Of a stretch of DNA of 64,000 nucleotides, positions 19,403 through 27,168 are shown piece after piece. Below the pieces are notes generated by a model. That model was not told the origin of the DNA. It did no database searches and saw nothing but the letters and a program-made list of their open reading frames with translations. This DNA comes from Candidatus Omnitrophota bacterium (GTDB lineage: Bacteria > Omnitrophota > Gorgyraeia > Zapsychrales > Zapsychraceae): the NCBI GenBank assembly GCA_015233115.1, contig JADFYJ010000003.1:40536-104535 (forward strand), in the 5' to 3' direction. The translations under genes were made by a program, and so were the position numbers. How positions within the stretch are numbered: position 1 is the stretch's first letter; every line of letters starts with the position of its first letter.

Positions 19403-20314
19403 TTGGTGGATTTTGACAGTTTCCCCAGGCCGTTAAACTGGCCGGAGATTTTTGGCAGGCCGGGAAAAATTGTCGTCGAGATCGGCTTTGGCATGGGCGA
19501 GGTTCTGATCCGGGAAGCGGGAAAAGATCCTCAGGTTAATTTTATCGGCATTGAAGAGCATTGGACGCGTATCACCCGAACCATGACAGGTATTTCTCGT
19601 CAACAGGGTGTGGTTGGAGGATTGGATAACATCCGGATTTTGAAGTTAGACGCATGGGTGGCTTTTGAGCGGTTGTTTTCTCCGCAGAGCATTGATCATA
19701 TTTTTTGCTTGTTTCCATGTCCGTGGCCAAAAGAAAAACACGAAAAACACCGTTTATTCTCTCAAAAATTTTTACGCTTAGTAAATAGCCGCCTGAAAAC
19801 GGGCGCGGCGCTGCGGATTGTTACGGATTTTAGGCCTTTTTACGATTGGGTGCTCAGTCAGAATGTGGATGCCGGATTTGCTTCTGCGGTTACGGCAACA
19901 CTTGAACCGCAATTTAATACTAAGTTTGAAAAAAAATGGGCGGCGCAAGGACAGGAAAAATTTTTCGAAATTATTTTGGAAAAGCAAAAACATATCGAGG
20001 TGCCGGTTGAGGAGGACAAGGAGTTGAAGGTTTACAAATTAAAAAATTTTGATCATAAGAAATTCGTGTTTCAGGATCACATTGGAGAGGTCACCGTGAT
20101 TTTAAAAGGATTTTTTTATGATGCTGAACAAGAAAAAGCTCTGGTTCAGCTTTTGGTGGCAGAAGAACAGATCACCCAGTATTTTTGGGCTATGATTGGG
20201 AAGCGTAAAAATGATTGGTTTCTTCAAAAAGTGGAAGGCCAAAGGTTTTTTGCGACGCCGGGAATCACGTTGGCGTTAGATTTAGTTTATCAGGCAGTAG
20301 AAAAAATAGCATAG
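19373..20314 (+). CDS. trmB: tRNA (guanine-N7)-methyltransferase with C-terminal extension
   Basis: Motifs VVEIGFGMGE and FIGIEEH. N-terminus MMRNRALSPIL is encoded by the repeat element. Confidence 0.7.
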   Translation: MMRNRALSPILVDFDSFPRPLNWPEIFGRPGKIVVEIGFGMGEVLIREAGKDPQVNFIGIEEHWTRITRTMTGISRQQGVVGGLDNIRILKLDAWVAFERLFSPQSIDHIFCLFPCPWPKEKHEKHRLFSQKFLRLVNSRLKTGAALRIVTDFRPFYDWVLSQNVDAGFASAVTATLEPQFNTKFEKKWAAQGQEKFFEIILEKQKHIEVPVEEDKELKVYKLKNFDHKKFVFQDHIGEVTVILKGFFYDAEQEKALVQLLVAEEQITQYFWAMIGKRKNDWFLQKVEGQRFFATPGITLALDLVYQAVEKIA

Positions 20315-20337
20315 GGGGCAATTCACTATTCGCCTTT

Positions 20338-20463
20338 TAAAGCGCGCGGGTTGGGCGGTTTGCATTTAAACCGAATCCTTCGCTCAAACAACCTTGGCGA
20401 AGCGCCAAGGAAACTCGCTCGGGGATTCGGTTTTAACGCCAACCTTGTGTTTGGGCACGCGGT
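20338..20463. repeat. ~125-nt highly structured intergenic repeat, copy 1 (copy 2 at 63947-64000, cut by the window end)
   Basis: ~54 nt align at ~90% identity between the two copies. Nested stems: AAACCGAATCC/GGATTCGGTTT, CCTTGGCG-AAG-CGCCAAGG, GGTTGGGCG/CGCCAACC. Confidence 0.5.
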
Positions 20464-20501
20464 TAGAGGTTAGAAAATTTTAAAAATATTAGGATAAGAT
20501 A

Positions 20502-21353
20502 ATGTTACAAAATATGTCATTGAAAATTTATAAAATAGGGATTTTTGTTTTATGCTGTTGTTGTCTGGCCGTTGTTTCCGCGGATGCCCGACGGCATAAG
20601 AAAATACGGTATACGAAAATTAAAAATGGAGTCACCTGTAAAGCTGCTTTATTTTCCGACAGTACAGAATCGCTGCGGCTTTATGGGAAAAACGTTGAAA
20701 CACCGATTTTGCCTGCGAGTACCACTAAGCTTATGACCGCCCTTCTGGTATTAGAAAAGCTGCCTATGGATAGTTATGTGACCGTGAGTAGTTATGCGAC
20801 GACTCCTCAGCCTTCAAAAATAAACGTAAAAGCGGGGGAACAATTTTTGGTCAGAGATCTCATGTATGCGATTTTGCTCAATTCTGCTAATGATGCCAGC
20901 ATTGTATTAGCGGAAGCGGTGGGTGGGAGCGAAGCGGGTTTTGTCAGTATGATGAATAACCGGGCAGCAGAATTAGGGGCAGATCAAACCCGTTTTGCGA
21001 ATTCCAACGGACTGCCTTCTCCGCGAGGAACTCAATATAGCACCGCGTATGATATGTATTTAATTTTCCGGGAAGCCATGAAATATCCTTTTTTTCGTCA
21101 GGTTATTAAGACGCCGTATAAGCAGATTCAGAGTAAAGAGGGTAGGATCGTCAATTTAAAGAGTCATAATAAAATGTTATTCGATAAAAATTTAGATGAA
21201 CCCATCCAGGGGAAAACTGGATACACCCGCTCGGCAGGAGAGTGCTTTGTGGGCACAGTTCAACAGGGTGATCGGGATTTGATCCTGTCAATATTTAATT
21301 GTCCTGATCGATGGAATGATATAAGATATTTGGTTAAAAATTATGGAAAATGA
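20502..21353 (+). CDS. dacA: D-alanyl-D-alanine carboxypeptidase (PBP5/6, S11 family)
   Basis: SxxK (ASTTK), SxN (SANDAS) and KTG (KTGYT) motifs. Signal peptide. Confidence 0.85.
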   Translation: MLQNMSLKIYKIGIFVLCCCCLAVVSADARRHKKIRYTKIKNGVTCKAALFSDSTESLRLYGKNVETPILPASTTKLMTALLVLEKLPMDSYVTVSSYATTPQPSKINVKAGEQFLVRDLMYAILLNSANDASIVLAEAVGGSEAGFVSMMNNRAAELGADQTRFANSNGLPSPRGTQYSTAYDMYLIFREAMKYPFFRQVIKTPYKQIQSKEGRIVNLKSHNKMLFDKNLDEPIQGKTGYTRSAGECFVGTVQQGDRDLILSIFNCPDRWNDIRYLVKNYGK

Positions 21354-22131
21354 AATCGGAGGTTTTATGGATAAACGAAGAATTTTGAATATCATCCTCG
21401 GACTGGTTATTGTTGGCGCGGTTATTGCTGAAGGGGCGGCTTTTGGCAAAATGTTTTCTCAGCAAAAAACGCTTTTAGTTGAATTGAAAAGCGTAAAAAG
21501 TCAATTAAATGAGATTCAAAAAAATACCAAAGAGTTTTCCGCTTTTCTGGCTAAGGTTGAGAGGCAGCAGCCGGAGCGTCAACAACGGGCAGAGGCTGAT
21601 TACGATAAGGTTTACTCTATTGAGGTAGGAAATTCTTATTTGATTGGGTCGAAAGACGCGAAAGTGACGGTGGTGGAATTTGTGGACTTTGAGTGCCCTT
21701 TTTCTGGTCGTTTTTTCAAGCCGATGATTGATTCTGTCGCGGCTTATTCGGGAAAAGTAAATTATATGATCAAGAATTTTCCATTGCCATTTCATCCTAA
21801 CGCGCGTTCTGCCGCCAAAGCGGCCTTGGCCGCTGGTGAGCAAGGCAAATACGCGGCAATGGCGACGGAGTTGTTGAAAGACAATAAGAATTTTAGCGCG
21901 GATAAATATAATGAAATCGCGAAACTGGTTGGTTTAGATATGGCGAAATTTCAGCAGGACTTAAAAGATAAAGACGCTGCTTATGAACAGATTTTAAATG
22001 AGGATATGGCATTGGGCCAAAAAGTAAGCGTACGCGGAACTCCGACCTTTTTTATCAATGGCAAACAAACCCGCGCCCGTGATGTGGATAGTTTTAAAAA
22101 AGAATTTGAGGCGATTTTAGGCGCCCAATAA
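21343..22131 (+). CDS. DsbA-family thioredoxin-fold protein with CPFS (CxxS) active-site variant
   Basis: VVEFVDFECPFSGRF ... VRGTPTFFINGK. The real start is probably M at 21367. Confidence 0.65.
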   Translation: MENEIGGFMDKRRILNIILGLVIVGAVIAEGAAFGKMFSQQKTLLVELKSVKSQLNEIQKNTKEFSAFLAKVERQQPERQQRAEADYDKVYSIEVGNSYLIGSKDAKVTVVEFVDFECPFSGRFFKPMIDSVAAYSGKVNYMIKNFPLPFHPNARSAAKAALAAGEQGKYAAMATELLKDNKNFSADKYNEIAKLVGLDMAKFQQDLKDKDAAYEQILNEDMALGQKVSVRGTPTFFINGKQTRARDVDSFKKEFEAILGAQ

Positions 22132-22257
22132 TTACATTTGCTATTTATTTCACTTTATAGTATATTTGTTGCCTCATATTGGTTCGCTCAGATCACTTAG
22201 TTCGCCTGTTGGGCTCTCTAAGTGATGAGCTCATTTAATAATAAGGAGGAAGGTTCA

Positions 22258-22572
22258 ATGTCAAGAAGAGGCGGTTTATCAGCGGTATTTTATCGCGAAA
22301 CTCGCGGGGTTAAAGTTTCCGGCGGTCAGCAAGTTAAGTCGGGAACAATTTTGACCCGTGAAGGTCATAAATGGCAAAAAGGTTTGAATGTGAATGGCTC
22401 GTCTAGTCTGGTAGCTGGCATTGACGGCGAAGTGTATTTCACGCGCAAGAAGAACAGTTATAACAAAATCATCACCGTGGTTAACGTCAAGCCGTCTGAA
22501 ACTGCGCCTGTAAAGGCAGAAAAACCGGTTAAAGCAGTAAAGACCGTAAAAACAGTCAAGGCAGCTAAGTAG
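22258..22572 (+). CDS. Ribosomal protein L27-like protein, divergent N-terminus, Lys/Ala/Val-rich C-terminal tail
   Basis: GVKVSGGQQVKSGTILTREGHKWQKGLNVNG...DGEVYF matches the bL27 fold pattern. Strong SD AAGGAGGAAGG. Not next to rplU. Confidence 0.5.
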   Translation: MSRRGGLSAVFYRETRGVKVSGGQQVKSGTILTREGHKWQKGLNVNGSSSLVAGIDGEVYFTRKKNSYNKIITVVNVKPSETAPVKAEKPVKAVKTVKTVKAAK

Positions 22573-22789
22573 TAAAAAATATCGGGAGTGAGCGCTTTTT
22601 TGTCAGAAGATATAAAAGCCTCGCTCCTTTATATTTAGTTTATGGTAATCCCGCTACGGCCGCTGGGTCGCGGCTTTGCCTGACCGGCAAACTACGCGTT
22701 GCTTTAGCTTCGCGGGATAAATTCGTGCGGCTGACTTGATGTCGCTATAAATCGCTCCATAAGTCAGGCACTCATAATAAGGACTTATT

Positions 22790-24619
22790 ATGTGCGGAAT
22801 TATTGGATATGTTGGTTTTCGGAACGCTGTGCCAATTTTGATTGGCGGACTCAAGAAGTTGGAATATCGTGGTTATGATTCCAGCGGCGTTAGTGTTTTA
22901 TCTCCGGAAAATGATATTATTGTCCGTAAAAGTAAAGGCAAGATTGCTAATTTAGAAGAATTGATTCTGCAAAAACCGATTGTGCATTCTACGTTGGGCA
23001 TCTCACATACCCGTTGGGCGACTCATGGCGAACCTAATCATATCAATTCGCATCCTCACACAGACTGTTCTCAATCTATAGTCGTGGTTCATAATGGTAT
23101 TATTGAAAATTATGAATCATTGAAGGCACAGTTGCAGGCGAAGGGCCATAAATTTGTTTCGCAGACAGATACCGAAGTAATCGCGCATCTCATTGAAGAA
23201 TATTATAAAGGGGATTTGTTTGCGGCTGTCAAAAAAACTATTCTTGATCTTAAAGGCGCGTTCGCATTGGGTATTATTTCCAAAAACCATCCTGATTTGC
23301 TTATTGCCGCTCGCGTGGGTTCGCCTTTGATTATTGGTTTGGGTAAGGGCGAAAATTTTATTGCCTCAGATGTGCCGGCGATTTTAGATCGCACTAAAAA
23401 AATTATTTATTTACAAGACGGGGAAATGGCGTGCATTTCGAAAAAAGAAGTTAAGGTGTTTAAATTTTCGGGCGAAAAAGTTATTCCTAAGGCGCAAATT
23501 GTTAAATTCAGCGTCGATGCGGTTAAAAAACAGGGGTTCGCGCATTTTATGTTAAAAGAAATGCATGAACAGCCGCACGTGATCAGCGAGATGGGTAAGC
23601 GTTATATTAAGAACGGAAAAGTTGATTTGGGTGATTTTGGTTTGACTCCGGCGCAAATTAAAGCTATTACGAGAATTGATATTGTGGCTTGCGGGACCGC
23701 TTATCACGCGGGCATGGTGGGAAAATACGCCATTGAAAAAATGGCTAAAATTCCCGTTACGATTGATGTTTCTAGCGAATTCCGTTATCGGGATCCTATC
23801 GTGGATAAAAACACCATGATTATCGCGATAAGCCAATCCGGAGAAACCGCGGATACGCTGGCCGCCGTAAAAGAAGCGAAACGTAAAGGCGCGAAAATTG
23901 TTTCGATTTGTAATGTGCTGGGTTCCTCCCTGGTGCGGGAATCCGATGCTGTTCTGTATACGCACGCGGGCCCGGAGATTGGTGTGGCATCAACAAAAGC
24001 CTACACAGCGCAATTAGGCGTGTTATTTATGCTGGCTGTGAAATTGGCCACAGTTAATAAAACGATGTCACCTGGAGAGATTAAAGAATTTCTAGACGCG
24101 TTTAAAAAAATTCCGACTTCCATTCAGGCGTTTCTGGCTGACCAGAAAACTGTCGCGCGGGTAGCGAAACGTAATTCCCATTTCGGCTGTTTTCTGTTTT
24201 TGGGACGAAATATTAATTTTCCCTCTGCTTTGGAAGGCGCGCTTAAACTCAAAGAAATTTCTTACATTCCCGCGGAAGGTTACGCGGCTGGCGAGATGAA
24301 GCATGGACCCATTGCCCTGATCGATGAGTACCGGGCTGTCGTGTGCATTGCTCCGGCGTCGGATGTGTATGAAAAAATTATTTCTAATATGCAGGAGATC
24401 CGCGCGCGTAAAGGAAAAATCATTGCGATCGCGACCGAAGGCGACCAGGATATTAAAAATCACGCGGATGATGTTTTGTACATTGCCGCGACCCATGATC
24501 TTCTAACGCCCTTATTAGCCGCTTTACCTTTGCAATTAATCGCTTATCACATTGCCGTGCAATTAGGATGCGATGTGGATCAACCACGGAATTTGGCGAA
24601 GAGCGTTACGGTGGAGTAA
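22790..24619 (+). CDS. glmS: Glutamine--fructose-6-phosphate aminotransferase
   Basis: N-terminus MCGIIGYVG. Two SIS domains. 609 aa. Confidence 0.95.
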   Translation: MCGIIGYVGFRNAVPILIGGLKKLEYRGYDSSGVSVLSPENDIIVRKSKGKIANLEELILQKPIVHSTLGISHTRWATHGEPNHINSHPHTDCSQSIVVVHNGIIENYESLKAQLQAKGHKFVSQTDTEVIAHLIEEYYKGDLFAAVKKTILDLKGAFALGIISKNHPDLLIAARVGSPLIIGLGKGENFIASDVPAILDRTKKIIYLQDGEMACISKKEVKVFKFSGEKVIPKAQIVKFSVDAVKKQGFAHFMLKEMHEQPHVISEMGKRYIKNGKVDLGDFGLTPAQIKAITRIDIVACGTAYHAGMVGKYAIEKMAKIPVTIDVSSEFRYRDPIVDKNTMIIAISQSGETADTLAAVKEAKRKGAKIVSICNVLGSSLVRESDAVLYTHAGPEIGVASTKAYTAQLGVLFMLAVKLATVNKTMSPGEIKEFLDAFKKIPTSIQAFLADQKTVARVAKRNSHFGCFLFLGRNINFPSALEGALKLKEISYIPAEGYAAGEMKHGPIALIDEYRAVVCIAPASDVYEKIISNMQEIRARKGKIIAIATEGDQDIKNHADDVLYIAATHDLLTPLLAALPLQLIAYHIAVQLGCDVDQPRNLAKSVTVE

Positions 24620-24629
24620 TTTTGACGAG

Positions 24630-24657
24630 TATGTAGTATGTGGCATGTAGCATGTAG
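24630..24657 (+). repeat. Heptamer tandem repeat (TATGTAG TATGTGG CATGTAG CATGTAG) followed by a conserved AAAAACGATTGRTG box
   Basis: Starts 11 nt after the glmS stop. Related arrays at 32424-32451, 42963-42983 and 61161-61181. Confidence 0.7.
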
Positions 24658-24710
24658 TGAAAAACGATTGATGTGAAAAACGAATAATCAAAAATCGAAA
24701 AACCAGTAAC

Positions 24711-25379
24711 ATGTTATATGTCGTCTCCACTCCTATAGGTAATTTAAAAGACATCACTCTGCGCGCTTTAGAAGTTTTACAAGACGTTGATCTCATTGCC
24801 GCGGAAGATACTCGTCATACTGCCAATTTGTTGAAACATTTTAATATTCAAAAACCCCTGATCAGTTATTTTGAGCATAATGAAGATAAGCGCGGACAGG
24901 AATTGCTGGAAAAACTTCAGGCAGGAAAAAAAATCGCTTTAGTGACTGACGCGGGAACGCCGGGCATTAGTGATCCGGGTTACCGGATTATAAAATTAGC
25001 TCGCGAGCATAATATTCCCATGACGGTGGTGCCCGGCCCCAGCGCGGTGATTGCGGCTTTATCTCTTTCAGGTCTTCCGTCGAACGCGTTTATATTCGAA
25101 GGTTTTTTGCCGGTCAAATCCGGCGGCAGACGCAAAAAACTCGAAGAACTTAAAGCGGAAAAACGCACAGTTATTTTTTATGAATCCCCGCACCGCATAT
25201 TAAAAACTTTGGAAGATATTCAAGCTATTTTAGGTGATCAGGAAATCGTGATCGTCAGGGAAATTACCAAAACCTTCGAAGAAGTCCGCAAAGGTTCCGC
25301 GCAAACATTATGCCAGCATTTTACCACTCATCCGCCTAAGGGCGAATTCGTTGTATTATTTAACTTATCCCTATCTTAA
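24711..25379 (+). CDS. rsmI: 16S rRNA (cytidine1402-2'-O)-methyltransferase
   Basis: MLYVVSTPIGNLKDITLRALEVL and AEDTRHT. Its 3' end overlaps mutL convergently by 9 nt. Confidence 0.8.
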   Translation: MLYVVSTPIGNLKDITLRALEVLQDVDLIAAEDTRHTANLLKHFNIQKPLISYFEHNEDKRGQELLEKLQAGKKIALVTDAGTPGISDPGYRIIKLAREHNIPMTVVPGPSAVIAALSLSGLPSNAFIFEGFLPVKSGGRRKKLEELKAEKRTVIFYESPHRILKTLEDIQAILGDQEIVIVREITKTFEEVRKGSAQTLCQHFTTHPPKGEFVVLFNLSLS

Positions 25380-27161
25380 AAATTGTTTAGCGAGAAAAGA
25401 TTCACTGATTTCTATGATCGTGGGCCGGCCATGCGGGCAGGTGAAAGGATCGAGGCAATTTAAAAGTCTTAGATGCAAAGCCTTGATTTCCGGCTCAGAC
25501 ATTTTATCGCCAGCCATGACAGATCCGCGGCAGGCGCGTCTGGCTATGGTATCGAAGTCACAAGCGTCGCTTGAGCCCGCACTTAATATTTGGCGTAAAG
25601 CTTGTTCAGGATTTTTAATCAGCGCTGGATGAGTATGCAGTCCTATGGCGTCATTCCCCAACGGGGTGGTTTCAAATCCACTTTCCCCTAGTTTGTCTTT
25701 AATTTCTTCCCAGAGTAAAAATTCCGGTATGGTGAGGTTCAGAATATAGGGCGTTAATAAATGTTGAACCTCTAAAGTATGTTTTTGCATTTGAGTGATG
25801 ATTTGTTCAAAAGTAATTCGTTCTGCGGCGGCGTGCTGGTCTATGACCAATAGCTCTGTATCTGCTTCTAATAAGATATATTTATTTTGAAACACGCCGA
25901 TCAGTTTCGCGTTGGTCAGTTTGTCAGACAAAGAATTTCGCGACGTAGAAAATGTCCCAAAAAATTCGGATTGTTCCTGGGCCAAATCTTGGGATGAGGG
26001 GACAGTATATTCCTGGTGAAAAACCGGTTCATTATACGCTTGGCCGGGTTCGCGGAGCATATCATGAGGGGCATCGGCTTCAAATGAGGAACCAGTATAA
26101 GCTGACCGTGAAGATTTATCGGATTGCGTATTGGGAATAGAAAAGGGACTGCTGATTTGTTTGGTCCCTGATGATTTCATCAGGCATTGTTCAACAGCTT
26201 GGCGCAAAAGCGCGCAAAGAAAATTTTCGTTTTTGATTTTGACTTCGCGTTTCGTGGGATGGACATTAGCGTCAATATCTTCCGGCGGCATGTGAATGAA
26301 CACGGCAAAAAAAGGATAAGCCCCTTGCGGCATAATTAAACGGTAGACGTTATTGATATGATAACTGATATTTTTATTTTCCACCGGGCGGCCATTAATA
26401 AAAACATATTGCAGGTCACGCCGGGTCCGGGTGATGTTGATGTCGCCTAATACCATTTCAAGCGTGACATCCTGATTTAATTTTTGTTCACCATAAATAA
26501 GGTTTTGTTCTTCGAGATTAAGGACTTGGCTAATACGGCTGACCAGGCTGTCTGTTTCGGCCAAATCAATCAAAGTTTTATTTTGATGGGAAAGGCTAAA
26601 GCGGATGTTTTTGTGCAGCATGGTATAAGGCGTAACCAAATTTAAAATATGATTGATTTCAGCGCTATTGCTTTTGAGAAATTTTTTGCGTGCGGGAGTA
26701 TTGAAAAATAATTCACGGACTTTGATCTCGGTGCCGCGTTTGTTAAAGGAACAGGGTTTAAGCCCAACGCGTTCACAGCCTCGGATATGGATTTCCCAGC
26801 CGGTTTTTTCATCTTCAGTTTTACTTTGCATGATCACATCTGCGACCGCGCCGATCGAATAGAGCGCTTCTCCCCGGAACCCTAAAGACATAATGGCATA
26901 AAGGTCATCAATATTTTTAATTTTGCTGGTAGCGTGGCGGTTAAAGATTGTTTGCAAATCATCATGGTCAATGCCGGTACCGTTATCTTTGATATGAATC
27001 AGGGTTTTTCCCGCGTCTTCTAAGATAAGTTCGATATAAGACGATTTAGCGTCAATGGAATTTTCCAACAGCTCTTTGATAACGGACGCCGGTCGTTCAA
27101 TGACTTCACCGGCTGCGATTTTACTGATAATATCTGGAGAAAGAATGTTTATTTTTGACAT
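25371..27161 (-). CDS. mutL: DNA mismatch repair protein MutL
   Basis: N-terminus IAAGEVIERPASVIKELLENSIDA is the GHKL ATPase. Confidence 0.9.
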   Translation of the reverse strand: MSKINILSPDIISKIAAGEVIERPASVIKELLENSIDAKSSYIELILEDAGKTLIHIKDNGTGIDHDDLQTIFNRHATSKIKNIDDLYAIMSLGFRGEALYSIGAVADVIMQSKTEDEKTGWEIHIRGCERVGLKPCSFNKRGTEIKVRELFFNTPARKKFLKSNSAEINHILNLVTPYTMLHKNIRFSLSHQNKTLIDLAETDSLVSRISQVLNLEEQNLIYGEQKLNQDVTLEMVLGDINITRTRRDLQYVFINGRPVENKNISYHINNVYRLIMPQGAYPFFAVFIHMPPEDIDANVHPTKREVKIKNENFLCALLRQAVEQCLMKSSGTKQISSPFSIPNTQSDKSSRSAYTGSSFEADAPHDMLREPGQAYNEPVFHQEYTVPSSQDLAQEQSEFFGTFSTSRNSLSDKLTNAKLIGVFQNKYILLEADTELLVIDQHAAAERITFEQIITQMQKHTLEVQHLLTPYILNLTIPEFLLWEEIKDKLGESGFETTPLGNDAIGLHTHPALIKNPEQALRQILSAGSSDACDFDTIARRACRGSVMAGDKMSEPEIKALHLRLLNCLDPFTCPHGRPTIIEISESFLAKQFLR

Positions 27162-27168
27162 AATTTTA

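Noticed and set aside
22573-22789. glmS ribozyme in the glmS leader
   Set aside because: I looked for the conserved ribozyme core and could not find it. The leader is reported only as unexplained structure.
22654-22854. 66-aa minus-strand ORF in the glmS leader
   Set aside because: It overlaps the glmS start and leader and has no SD.
24630-24657. CRISPR array hypothesis for the heptamer and octamer repeat clusters
   Set aside because: Units are 7-9 bp and are tandem without unique spacers. No cas genes are present in the window.
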